Shown here: piece by piece, positions 1 through 12,189 of the stretch
Layout: every line of letters begins with the position of its first letter
Position numbering within the stretch: position 1 is the first letter of the stretch
From: Octopus vulgaris
Taxonomy: Eukaryota
Assembly: GCA_951406725.2 (NCBI GenBank)
Contig: OX597832.1
Span: forward strand, 41,540,001-41,604,000
DNA length: 64,000 nucleotides
Reading direction: 5' to 3'
The notes under the pieces: model-generated
What the model was told of the DNA's origin: nothing
The model's database searches: none
Seen by the model: only the letters and a program-made list of their open reading frames with translations
Program-made: the position numbers and the translations under genes

Positions 1-272
1 AATGGCTAAGTTGACTGCACTCTAAAGTAACACCAATTGAATCTCCCTCCCTCTTTCTTCTCTCTCATATACACACTTTGTCAAAGTTTTAAGTGTATAA
101 GAAGTTTATATACAAGAAGCCTTTAACAGGGCATTCAACAGCAACCAAATCTTCCTCAAAACACATACACTAGTCTTTTAAAAGCAAGAATGCATTTGGA
201 TGATATAGCCTGGGGTACACCGTGCCAAGAAAAAAAAAAAGGTAGATGAAATCCCTTTGGACACAGATCTGT

Positions 273-500
273 TTAACCCTTTCGTTACCAACCCGGCCGA
301 AACCGTCTTTTGCTCTGAGTACAAATGTCTTGTTTTCATAAGTTTTGAATTAAAATCTTCCACCGAACCTTAGTCACAATTTATATTCCTAACACTAGCT
401 TAATGATAACTAAGTTATTTTACTAAATTCTTTGTTATATTTAAAGTAATTGAAAGAAACACAGAGCATCTCAACAGAAATACAGTAACGAAAGGGTTAA
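273..500. mobile_element. piggyBac-like MITE (family P1)
   Basis: TTAA-CCCTTTCGTTAC ... GTAACGAAAGGG-TTAA terminal inverted repeats with TTAA target sites; homologous copies at 7165, 20042, 50419. Confidence 0.85.
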
Positions 501-1177
501 TCAGAGCCATCTTCTGTTACATACACAAACACACAGACATATACACATAAATGCAGTGTCGAAGTCAAGGACAAAAGAGGTTTACTCAAGATAAAGTTTG
601 GTAAAAAAAAAGTGTTACGAGCTAAACCAAAATCAAATATCCAGAGGAGGATAAGCAAACATTTACAATCAGTGCTATATATAATACTATTATTAATAGA
701 TCAGTTCACATGCCTGGAGTATGTCTCTGAATTCTAATCATGAGCAACCCGAGATGAGGAACAGCAGTGTTAGAGAAGGTGACAGATGTAATATATTTAC
801 CAACAATTCATTTTAAAAAATAAATTGACTTCTATAGAGACAAAAAGATTGGAAAAACTGTGACCATTTCAGGCTTAAATATTTTAATCTGCTTGTTCTA
901 TCAGTTGTATTAATTCAAGTAAACTGGAAACCTCTTGACTGACGCACGACCACAACAAGAGTAACAAATTAATGAAAGTGATATCTGTAGGACTATTGAG
1001 ATAACAAAAGTGTTGTAACAATAACTGTTTCACTTATTGAAAGGGACAGCTACTGTTGACAGAGCAATTATTAGTGTGTGTGTGTGTCTGTAATATAATA
1101 TTACTGAGGCACTCAACTATGAGGTCACTGCATCATATAGCAGAAACAGCTGTAAGCTAATGAAGTTCATAAGATAA

Positions 1178-1340
1178 TCATCATCATCGTCATTTAACAT
1201 CCGCTTTCCATGCTAGCATGGGTTGGACGATTTGACTGAGGACTGGCGAACCAGATGGCTGCACCAGGCTCCAGTCTTGATCTGGCAGAGTTTCTACAGC
1301 TGGATGCCCTTCCTAATGCCAACCACTCCGAGAGTGTAGT
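1178..1340 (-). mobile_element. SINE family C (Meta-domain-like, (GAT)n tail), 3' part
   Basis: On the minus strand GTTGGCRTTAGGAAGGGCATCCAGC core and (GAT)n tail; multicopy in window. Confidence 0.8.
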
Positions 1341-1428
1341 AAAGAACACTCTTGGAGTGGTTGGCGTTAGGAAGGGCATCATTAATTCCTTTGTCATCCA
1401 ATTTTCTAATAATAATAATAATAATAAT

Positions 1429-1487
<59 letters not shown>

Positions 1488-1491
<4 letters not shown>

Positions 1492-2053
1492 GTTGTCCGG
1501 AAAGTTTGTGCTGATTTATAGTAGTTTACCTATTGACTTACTTTAGAACATGGTTGAGTCCATAAAATAGAATTTGACTACACCTCCATTTAGAGCACAG
1601 TTTAAGCTATCTTTTCGTGAAAGAAGGTTTATGTTCCTATAGCTTGTGTTAATTCTGTAACCCTTTAAAATGGAAGATAAGAAAGTTCATTTTCGGCACT
1701 TGGTGCTTTGGGAACCAGACAAAAGTTGCTGCAGCTTGGCTGGGATGTGTTACCCCACCCTCCATATTCACCAGATATTGCTCCTTTGGATTTCCACTTA
1801 TTCAGATCTCTGCAGAATAGTCTTAATGGTAAAAATTTCAATTCCTTGGATGACGTAAAAGGATACCTTGATGAATTCTTTGCCATGAAACCACCTCAAT
1901 TTTGGGAAGAGGGTATTTTCAAGTTAAAGGAAAGATGGAGACGCATTGTGCAACAAGATGGTTCATATTTGGTTGATTAAAAATGTAATGGCAAGTATTT
2001 ATTGACCTTTTTCTTTCCTTTAAAAATTGGCACAAACTTTCCAGAAAACCCAA
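1488..2053 (+). mobile_element. Internally deleted mariner (Tc1/mariner) transposon
   Basis: TIRs TTGGGTTGTCCGGAAAGTTTGTGC / GCACAAACTTTCCAGAAAACCCAA with TA flanks; N-terminal MEDKKVHFRHLVLWE (1670) joined out of frame to catalytic C-terminus LPHPPYSPDIAPLDFHLFRSLQ...WRRIVQQDGSYLVD (ends 1980). Confidence 0.92.
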
Positions 2054-2199
2054 TATACATATATATGAGAGAAAGAAAGAGAGCATAACTATATTTTGAT
2101 GCCTGCATCTCTAGAGACACACCTGGCATACTTTAGATCAAATATATCCCAATAGTAACACACCTACACCATATAATGATAACCAGCTGTGACAAAAGT

Positions 2200-2535
2200 C
2201 CCCACCATAATATTTCTACAAATTACACTGTCAGAAGTAGTTTAGATATACCTCTTCATATACAACACCATTAGATGATATTCTAGATATAGTCATGATG
2301 TAACACACTACAATATGAAGTCCAGTCAAAATATAACAGATGTAGTCTTGATAAAATATCACTTGATACAGCCGAGATACACCACCACTGAATGTAGATT
2401 CGATACACAAACATTAGATGTGGTCCAGATGTAACGTGACTAGATGTAATCTGATACAACACTACTAGATGTAGTTTAAATATAATACTACTATCAAATG
2501 GAGTCTAGATATAGCACCACCAGATGTAGTTTAGC
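2200..2535. repeat. Degenerate ~26-bp minisatellite
   Basis: Recurrent TAGATGTAGT...GATA(T/C)AACAC(C/T)AC-like units. Confidence 0.6.
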
Positions 2536-2731
2536 ATGACTTGTCCTCTGTGTGTGTGTGTGTGTGTGTGCACACGCATAAATAGTAAGTAAACAGTTGA
2601 TGGATTGGTGTCAATCCATTGCAGGTGTTTCTGAAGAATTTTTAAATTGATCAATGAGTACATTATATCATTATATAAAAAACATTTTCTTCAGATGAAT
2701 ACAAGAATGTTTCAATCAAAGAGATTTAAGA

Positions 2732-2897
2732 TCATCATCAGCATCATCGTTTAACGTCCGCTTTCCATGCTAGCATGGGTTGGACGGTTTGACTGAGGTT
2801 TGGTGAACCAGATGGCTGCACCAGACTCCAAACTGATCTGGCAGAGATTCTACAGCTGGATGCCCTTCCTAACGCCAACCACTCCGAGAGTGTAGTG
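2732..2897 (-). mobile_element. SINE family C, 3' part
   Basis: Near-identical to 1178-1340. Confidence 0.8.
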
Positions 2898-3099
2898 TGA
2901 GTTTTTTTTAAATAATTCAAAATCTGCAGCATAAGCATATTTTTCATGTGATTTTATGACTGGCCCTTGCCATTGAATATCTATATTTGTGGTGTGTGTT
3001 TTATTCCGACGTAACCAGGCCCCTCAACTTTAAGTACCTTATTCAACTGAATCTTATTATATTAATATATATATGTATATATGTATATATATGTATATA

Positions 3100-3299
3100 A
3101 AATTAATCCAAACATGAAAACACAACAACGCGAGGACGTAGAACAAGTATAGTATTATTGGACGCTCAGAAAAGAAAGGAGGATTTAATGTTTCGAGCGG
3201 AGCTCTTCATCAGAAACATAGGAAATTGGAAAGATCCAAGGAAGGGAAGACGGAGGAAAACAAATCGCCAACGATACACATGCGATCATATTTTGAATG

Positions 3300-3300
<1 letters not shown>
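3100..3300 (-). mobile_element. Penelope/retrozyme-like non-autonomous element with minimal hammerhead ribozyme motif
   Basis: Flanked by (TA)n; homologous to 46457-46660 and 59730-59872; minus strand reads TTT-CTGATGA-A-GAGC-TCC-GCTC-GAAAC-ATT-AAA. Confidence 0.7.
3184..3216 (-). ncRNA. Minimal type I hammerhead ribozyme motif (one core-adjacent substitution)
   Basis: CUGAUGA box, 4-bp stem II GAGC/GCUC, GAAA box, short stem I UUU/AAA. Confidence 0.65.
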
Positions 3301-3397
<97 letters not shown>

Positions 3398-4538
3398 TAA
3401 CTAATCAAATGATAAAAATATTATAAACAATATACTAATACCCTCCACCTTGTTATTATTTCATCTGTCAATATATATATATAAAGGAAAGTTTTGCAGA
3501 GTCTTTGCATCAGTGAATGTGATTCCCTTAACATTGCATTCTGACATTTAAGTAGAATCAAGGGATCACTCTTTTACTAGAATTCTGTCATTGGAGTGTA
3601 GCCATGCTGAAACACCTTGAGTTAAAAAAAATAAAAAAAGGGGTATTTTTTTTTTAGTTACATCCTTATATATTTTAAATCTCAAATTACACCTGGCATC
3701 AACTTAGCCTTTCATCTCTCAAAGTACCAGCTACACAATGGGGGTAAATTCAGTTGACTACACCACTCCTCTCCAATTCATGACATTGTGCCAATATCAG
3801 TAATAATTGTTCTTAAGCAAGACACAATCCAGTTCATAAATCAGCTGGAAAAAAAAACCAGGCATTATTCATTCCATTGTTTGTATTTCAGAATGAATAA
3901 ATAAAATCATTTTAAAGGGCACTTCTATATAACTGGCAAAAGCCAGCAAGTTTGGACAGTAGTGCCTGCGAAGACACAATAGCCGTGAGTTCAATATCTA
4001 TCAAAGAATGATGATTAATGTGGCTGACACATATTTTTTCCCATTGAAATAAGAACAAAACAAGTTAAAATGTAAGTCTACTTAAACAGTACACACACAC
4101 ACACACACACATACATACAAGATTATGCAATTAGGAAAGTCACAATTGTCCTCGTTTCAACCTAATTAAATTAGACAAAAAAAAAAAATACTATAGCATT
4201 ATTTATTTTGTTGGTGAATTGTGAATCATAAAATAATTTTAGAATAGATCAAAGACTCAAAGTAAAATGTCCAAAGTTCAAAGGTTAAAAAGACAGCAAC
4301 CTCTTTTGTTTCCCTTCATTTATATCCGAGTCTCATTGGTTGTTGAACTGAATTTCTTAGGGAAACTACAGAACATTACTTGCCCCAATCTGACTAATGG
4401 AAAGCTATGTATTTTGTTCCCCTTTTATTGGCTGAGAGAAACTGATGCTAGGAAAAAGTAGGAAAATTCTAGGGACATCACTTAATCCCAGTATTCATGC
4501 AAAAGTCAGTATTTGAAAATCCATGTGTTTGTACAAAT

Positions 4539-4922
4539 CTTCTTCTTCTTCTTCTTACAGCATTCACCCGGGGTGGGTTGAGCTGGCTTCATTCATCCTC
4601 AATGCTACATCTCTCACAAACACCGACCAGGCCTGGCGATTTGAGGCTAACGACTCCTTATTCCAGCGGCGAACGCCGTAGATATGGGGGCCTAGGTTGG
4701 GTTCCAGATTAGCCTTGACTGTCATCAGCCAGGTTTTTCGTTGTCCACCACATCGCTTTCACCAACCCTGAAGGGGAGCTGGGGCAATTGCTTCGTAGAT
4801 GAATTCTCCTGGTTGACGACGGAGGGCATGACCCAGCCAACGCAGACGTCTCGTTAGGATGACTTGTTGGAGGGAGGTGATTCTGCACTGGTGTCCCACC
4901 AAATTCCTATTCCCAAGATCCT
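4539..4922 (-). mobile_element. RTE-clade LINE 3' fragment
   Basis: Translates ...ILTRRLRWLGHALRRQ...GGQRKTW..., typical RTE ORF C-terminus, ending in a (AAG)n tail. Confidence 0.8.
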
Positions 4923-5790
4923 TCAAATATTCCTCATTCCGCATGTTAGTACAAATGTTGGTATTTGGTCATTAAGTTTAGTTGCAGTAGAAAAGACAGA
5001 TAGACTGTGAGCCAGAGGCTGCAGGGTGTTGTTCATTAGTGTTGAGATGCCAATGAACCAAGCGGCCCTTCTCTGGATGCTGTTTGGGGATGATAGTGAG
5101 CATAGTAGCAACCCCAACCAGATGTGATCATAGTACTCCATTGAGCCTTGAAGAGTGTCAGCAGCCGTTGGGGACTGAAATATCTTCTGGCCTCAAAGAG
5201 AAGTGATAGTCTTTAGGATGTGGTTCTAGTTATGCTAATTATATGTTTTTGCCAGAAGAGATCCTCAGTGACAATGGGACTCAGCATTTGGAGTGGCTGT
5301 GAGGACTCTAGGTGAGTACCATTCAGTACTATTCATGATTAGAAGAGGTGTGATGCAAAGGGGTTTTCAAGAAATGAGGAGTGCTTGAGTTTTTATGTTG
5401 TTAAAAATGACAAACTCCCACTAGAGGATGCTTTCAAGGTCTCCATTTAAGGAGTAAATGTCTTTGGGGTATGGTGTCTAGGTTGATTTTTGGATGATGC
5501 ATGGTTAGGGAAGGTTAGACCAGAATGAATAGAGTGTCATGGGCTGAAAAGTGGGCATTGTCAGATGGAGAAGTAAGTAAATCATTGATGTAAAACAGCG
5601 CATATAGTCTCTCTCTCTCTATTCGCTCAGTCGAAGTCGACTCCTGGTCACTCGTTGGATCAGAGTCCTCCAGTCAGTTCTATCCTGGGCCGCTTCTTTC
5701 AGATTGGCTATGTCCATTCTGGCATCACAGTGAGCATATAGTACAGAACCAAAATATGGGGAACACTAGCTGCTCTTGAATTAACCTGTA
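4923..5790 (-). mobile_element. Decayed non-LTR retrotransposon RT (Jockey/CR1-like)
   Basis: Remnant motifs MEYYDHIW, IQRRAA..IG, LQPLAH and upstream LFYINDL; many stops and frameshifts. Confidence 0.65.
5609..5733 (-). mobile_element. Short 5'-truncated RTE insertion with target-site duplication
   Basis: Translates DARMDIANLKEAAQDRTDWRTLIQRVTRSRLRLSE* plus (AG)n tail; GCATATAGT duplicated at 5600-5608 and 5734-5742. Confidence 0.8.
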
Positions 5791-7164
5791 AGTGTACCTG
5801 TAATGGAATTCTCCAGCGGAATCAGCATGAATGTGTGTAGCAAGCTGAATCTTTTGAATTATAGGCACAATCCACCAGGCAGGCTTCTGTACAATTTCCA
5901 ACTACCCAATTTCACTCACAAGGTATGAGTCAATGACATTTACCCAAGATGCACCGTAATCAAATCCAAACTCTCATGGTTGTAAGGAAAACCTTAACCA
6001 TTTGACCATACTGCGTACTCACACAAACATACAAGAGCCAGCCTCTTCTGTAATACTTGGTAATTTACAGTATGGGATAGATGCAGTAAGCATCTAGTAA
6101 CTGTACTAAGTGGTGACAGTAACTATGGACTTGAAAAAATTAAGAAAAAAAAAACAACAGAAAAATGGTTTCAAAGTTATTTCTAGGTTTTAGTTTTTGT
6201 TTTTATATTTAGCTGTGTGTGTGTGTGTGTGTGTGGTGGTGGTGGTAGGGGGCAGTCATGTGCATGCTTTTCCATCTTGCTTCCTCGTTATGAATATAGA
6301 TTTCTTGTTCAAAAGTATGGCATGGCCTTCATTTCTGTTGCTGTTTGCAGAAAACGAAGGCAAACATTTTTGCCATAATAAATAAAAAAAAAAGATCACT
6401 AGTCGTAGTTATGGTGGTGGGGTGGGTGAGTGTAAAACAGAAGCGGAGGGAGAGCGGACAAGTGTGTGTGTGTGTGTGTGTTTTAGTAAAGAAAATATTG
6501 CTTATGTTGAAGACACTTGTAAATATTAAGATAAGAAATATGAAAGCTTGGGGAAATAAAAGGAACAGTATTAGTGCTGATTACCAGAGTTATGGTAAGA
6601 TTAGGATATCAAGCAATCCTTGTGGACAGTGAGATATGAGGTGTGGAGTGTGTGTTGTGTGAATGCAGGGTGTATCAAAATGTTTATGTTTTTACATGAG
6701 AGACAAAGTAAGATATGAAAGTATGTGAGGGAGAATGAAGCTGTTTCTATGTCGTGTGTGTTTGAGAGAGATTTATATGCTGGTGTTTGAAGTTGGCTCT
6801 ATGTTTTGTGTGCATGTGTGCTTGTAATTGCCTTATGTTTGTCTTAGGATTTGCCTATGTACGTATTTGCATATGTGTGTATATATATATAAATATGGAA
6901 AATAAACCCAGTGTGCATATTTTTGCGTGCTACACATTTTTGGAGTGAACACACACATATTTTCAATGTATGATCATATGTTTGTTTAACCAATAAACAA
7001 TCTATTCAGTTCACATGCAAAGTGGCTGAGTATTCCAAAGGCGTGTACTATTACACAATTCTCAAGTGGTATCAGTGTCACAAAGTTGCATTTTGGAGTC
7101 ACAGGCACAGTTGATCTGACAGCCATGCAGTTCTCCCTTACCAAATTCACTCACAAGGCATGGA

Positions 7165-7394
7165 TTAACCCTTTCGTTACCATATTTATTTTGAGATGCT
7201 CTGTGTTTCTTTCAATTAATTTAAAATATAATAAAGAATTTAGAAAAATAACTTACTTATCATTAAGCTGGTGTAAGGAACATAAATTGTGACTAAGGTT
7301 TGGTGGAAGATTTTAATTCAGAATTTGTGAAAACAAGACATTTGTACTACAGAGCCAGAGGTGGTTTCATCCGGGTTGGTAACGAAAGGGTTAA
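7165..7394. mobile_element. piggyBac-like MITE P1 inserted in an old family A SINE
   Basis: Same TIRs and TTAA sites as 273-500, opposite orientation; SINE A remnants on both sides. Confidence 0.85.
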
Positions 7395-7527
7395 ATAAAG
7401 GCTATGGTAAAGTTACTTTGCAGTGAGACAGAAAACCTCATGGTAGCAAAGTAGACTTTTTAACCAGTCATATGTGTGTACATAAGTATGAAATCATGCA
7501 TATATGGGAATTAGTAATATAATCAGG

Positions 7528-7760
7528 GGGCGAGCTGGCATAAACATTAGCACGCCGGGCGAAATGCTTAGCGGTATTTCTTCTGCCGCTACGTTCTGAG
7601 TTCAAATTCCGCCGAGATCGACTTTACCTTTCATCCTTTCAGGGTCGATTAAATAAGTACCAGTTACGCACTGGGGTCGATATAATCGACTTAATCCTAT
7701 TGTCTGTCCTTGTTCTGTCCATTTTCTGTGTTTAGCCCCTTGTGGGTAGTAAAGAAATAA
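7528..7760 (+). mobile_element. tRNA-derived SINE family B (Deu/Nin-domain-like)
   Basis: A-box-like AGCTGGCA, B-box GAGTTCAAATTCC, core CCTTTCATCCTTTCNGGGTCGAT...AAGTACC, tail AGCCCCTTGTGGGTAGTAAAGAAAT. Confidence 0.85.
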
Positions 7761-8148
7761 GTATATAATCAGACATGTGTCATTATGCAAGTAGCTCTGT
7801 GACACATGTATTTTGCATCACATAGCAAAATCAGCTGAATATCAACGCAGTTCAGAACCAACAGAGGATTGGATTGTTAACTGGATAAACACAGATGACA
7901 TAATCAAACAGTGCTTCTAACAGCTTAATAACCTTACATTTGCAAGGCTTCTCTTAATCTCCAAATCAAACAGCAATACTTTTTAAAGCCTTATAATCTC
8001 TGCCCATTCTTTCATCCCCGGTAACTAACTTACAAAAGTCCAAACTAAAGATTAAACCTTGCTGTCCTGCTCTGTTATCCTTATCTATGTCTTACTCCAA
8101 GAATGTTTAAAAAGATTATAGGCACTGCTCTTCTCCCTCGGATGTAAA

Positions 8149-8206
8149 TTAATGGGTCAACAACTTTTAATTAATGGGTCAACAACTTTTAATTAATGGG
8201 TCAACA
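8149..8206. repeat. 22-bp tandem repeat, ~2.7 copies
   Basis: TTAATGGGTCAACAACTTTTAA repeated. Confidence 0.85.
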
Positions 8207-9870
8207 GCATGTATGCACAAACCAGGGAAGATATTTTGAGGAAGACTAGCAGTTGCTTATGCATGCAAGACTCCTCACTCGATGCTGTTAGTGCTTATCC
8301 ACAGGAAAGGCTACTGATTTGGGCAGATACAGCTTGGCATCAATGTTGGCTTAGGCATTGCAGTCAGAACATAAAGGGCTGGAACAGATACTGCAAGGCC
8401 TCTCACCTGATTCTCCACCACCCTGGTTTGTACCCCCTTTTTTTTTAATCTACTTCAAAAGGACAAAAGGCAAAGCTCACCCAGGCAGGATTTGAACTCA
8501 GAGCACAGATAGTCAAAAGAATGGTCATGAGGAATTCTGTCCAACACTCTAATGACAGTGAATTCACCACCTACAAAACATCTAAATCATCATTTTTATC
8601 GCCATTCGTTTCATGCCCATCTTATCATGTTGTCTTTTACTTGAGAATCCCTCAGTACTAATATGTGTATTATCATAATTACATCTTGCCCACTTGATAT
8701 ATAAGGACATCGAACCTTAAAGCTTTCAACAAGGCAATGAGAGAACCCTTTACAGGGTTAATCAACATAATAGAAATGGTACCTAAATCTCTTTCACATC
8801 ACACTTTACTGTCTTAGAATGGGAAGAACACATTAGATAATATAGTCCTAGATATAAAATGATGGTCATGGCTAGAATACCTTAGATCAAAGGCCTGCTC
8901 AGTAACAACCTTCAACATGAGTCAACAAAGGAACATTTACACAGTCATCCAGCCTGCTAGAAATAGCAACCAAATTCCTCAAAATTACAAACCACTGACT
9001 TGAAAAGAAAGACCACACTAGATTACATGGTCCTACATATACTATGATTGAAGAAAAAGACAAAATAATCTTGGATCAACCACCTTTGATTGTCATCATC
9101 ATCATCATCATCAGCAAAGCCAAGTTATAGTAGAATACTATACACTGAGAGTTATGCTGTTGTTGTTTAGCCCTGCATCAATCTTGACTCAGTAGACCCA
9201 TCACCAAAAAGTGTTCTAGCCATAGCCAACCGATCTTTTGTTTTCAGACGACTAAACCTAGCATATTCAATTAAGACAGTGAAAATGTAATCTGAAGGAG
9301 ATTTGGCAGCTGTTTGTGGTAAGTCTAGTTATCACATGTTGGTGCAATAGTCACTACATTCTAGGTGAAAAAAAAAAATTAAAAGAAAAGAAAAACCTAA
9401 AGCAAGCACAAGATGTACTGAAAGTGGCTGACACTAAGCAAGTGACGAGTGCAGTGGATGTGTATCAGTTGGGTGACCTGTAAAATGAATGAGTCATTCC
9501 TGCAAGAGATGGGAGTGGAATGAAAGTTAGAAAGAGGTAGTGAAGACTGCAATATAAAAGATCATGTCATCAGGGCTCAGAACCTGCTTCTGTATCTCTA
9601 GGGGGTTGGGTAACAAGAATGACTATTGAGCAATGTCATCAAAGACTGAATGTGAAGGATTCTAGTGGAATGTACAACTGCATTATGACACCACAGTGTA
9701 TAGCAAAGAGTGGCTTCCTCATAGTTGAAGGTCGGGAGCCTCAAACATGAGGATGGACATACTCATCATCATCTTCTGAAAAACCTTCCTATTGCCAAAA
9801 TGAGGCACACTTGTACCTGACCAACACAGATTATTGCTTCTGGCACCCAAGCAGGTCAAATACTCTATAC

Positions 9871-10185
9871 CAGTGGTTCTCAACTAGAGTCCATATGAGA
9901 TTTTTGAGGGATCACACAACAGTAAATTGGGGAGATCCACAATAGTATTTTAAGGGCCCTTGAAAAAATTTTGCTTTACATGTATAAATTGGCGAGAAAC
10001 AATTAGGCTTCCTTCTCTAGCATTTTGCAAAGTTCAACCATGAAAAATTTGTGTGAAAAACAAAATAGGAATTTTGTAAATTAATATAAAACCGGTTTTT
10101 AAACATTGAATAGCTATTGAGGTCCACCTGAATAAAATAGCAAATGAAGGGATCCATAGATTAAAAAAATGGTTGAGAAATTACT
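9871..10185. mobile_element. hAT-like MITE
   Basis: CAGTGGTTCTCAAC ... GTTGAGAAATTACT termini; related copy at 51079-51338. Confidence 0.7.
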
Positions 10186-10391
10186 CTTACTCTCTCTTTT
10201 ACTTGTTTCAGTCATTTGACTGCGGCCATGCTGGAGCACCGCCTTTAGTCGAGCAAATCGACCCCGGGACTTATTCTTTGTAAGCCCAGTACTTATTCTA
10301 TCAGTCTCTTTTTGCCGAACTGCTAAGTGACGGGGACGTAAACACACCAGCATTGGTTGTCAAGCAATGCTAGGGGGACAAACACACACAG

Positions 10392-10434
<43 letters not shown>

Positions 10435-11090
10435 CTAGCAGTATCGCCCGGCGTTGCTCGGGTTTGTAAGGGAAATAACTATATAAGCATTTTTAGAGAG
10501 TTACTTCCCTTATAAATTCGGGCTTTCTTAGCCATTTTTGTTTTGGTGTCTTCAAGCCATGAAGTCGTTCTAAAAGAACGCTGCTTTCCTTCACAACGCA
10601 TTACGACGTTGATTTCTTTACACTCCCTTCCCCACAGCTTCACGGGGGAGGGAAGGGTGAGAAGCAAACAGGTGCAGCTGTGAGCGTGGACGCCAACTCC
10701 GCCGCCATCGACACACGATGCATTTTATGCATTAAAATGGAATAAAAAATGATGTTAAATTATTTTTAAAATCGTAGACTCATCGTTGACGCGTGCTAAT
10801 AGTCAGACGGGCTCGATATGAATCACGACTATAAGATACCCGAATTTGGTTAAACTGCACCGCAAAATGTGGGAGGAGTTAGGAATCTAAATCGAAGGGG
10901 ACAGACACTCACACAACTAGAGTTTTATATATATAGATATACGACAGGCTTCTTTCAGTTTCCGTCTATCACAAGGCATTGGTCAGCCCCAGGGCTATAG
11001 CAGAAGACACTTGCCCAAGATGCCACGCAGTGGGACTGAACCCGGAACCATGTGGTTGGTTAGCAAGCTATTTACCACACAGCCACTCCT
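10186..11090 (-). mobile_element. tRNA-derived SINE family A (CORE-like) interrupted by a Helitron
   Basis: 3' half 10186-10434 and 5' half 10938-11090 match intact family A copies such as 37140-37550. Confidence 0.88.
10435..10937 (-). mobile_element. Non-autonomous Helitron
   Basis: Minus strand starts A|TC and ends with GC-rich hairpin CCCGAGCAACGCCGGG followed by CTAG|T; no TSD; inserted at an AT site in the SINE microsatellite. Confidence 0.8.
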
Positions 11091-11673
11091 AATTATAGAT
11101 TCTCTGTAAAAAAATAAAATTGAAGTTTGAATATCTGTTTTGTTGGCTACCTAGACAGACTAAAGATTACTAATTGGTCTGTGTCTGTCTGTCCGTCTTT
11201 CTCAGACAATCATGCACACACACACTCTCTCTCTTTCTTCTCCCTCACTTCTTTATCAGTACCTGTAAGACATCCACTTGCTTTGTCCATTTTCATTTGT
11301 ACCTTTCTGTCTCACCACCTCTCAAAAAAAACAGTCATTTACTATCTCTCTCTCTTTCTCTCTCTCTCTGTTATCTTTTATGAATTGTTGTCTTATAGAC
11401 TTTATTTAAGCCCCCCCACCAATCTACACAACTATTGTTGCTGTTGTGGTTTTCAATAATTCTCCTTAAGTATATCTAATAACCATTTAAATGTCTATAC
11501 ATCTAGACTACATATTAATATTCTGGTATTTAACAGCCTACAGGATAAACAGATTATATGAAATGGTGTAGATTTATTCTGGAGTGGGGGGATGAGGCTT
11601 TAAAACTAGATAATCTTCACACACACACATATATATATATATAACACATATATTCTCCCCACCTCTCTCTCTG

Positions 11674-11706
<33 letters not shown>

Positions 11707-12189
11707 GTCTATCACACATTCACATATATTGAATGTCTTTAGATTAAAAATTGGAACAGTGTTAACATGACTAGGATAATCTGTTTAAATCAACTGTTTT
11801 TTTTTACATGTTCAGGAGTGTGTGGAACAGAAGTGTGTGTGTGTGTGTGTGCCTATGTATTGGTATTCATCTTGTAGCTAAGAATGAACCCAGAATTAGT
11901 GAGGATTTGTATTTATGAGTGTTTCTATGTATTTGTCTCCCCCAAAGTGTGAGTGTGCATGCTTGTGCAAATGTGTATGTAGATGTCTGTTTGTATAAAC
12001 TTGGCCTCACTGTGTGTCTGTGTCCGTGTTTGTGTGTAAATAAGTGACATCACTCTTAGTCATGCTAACTCAGAAGAACATGCTTCAACAAGGAGATCTA
12101 AAAAAAAAAAAAACCTAAACTAGTCCTTTTCTTTCATCAGCTGACTTTTGAAGTCCTAATCCACTTCAGTCTATATTATACTAAATTAT

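Noticed and set aside
1708-1980. Functional transposase or SETMAR-like host gene
   Set aside because: Only the C-terminal 90 aa remain, out of frame with the true start, inside a deleted element
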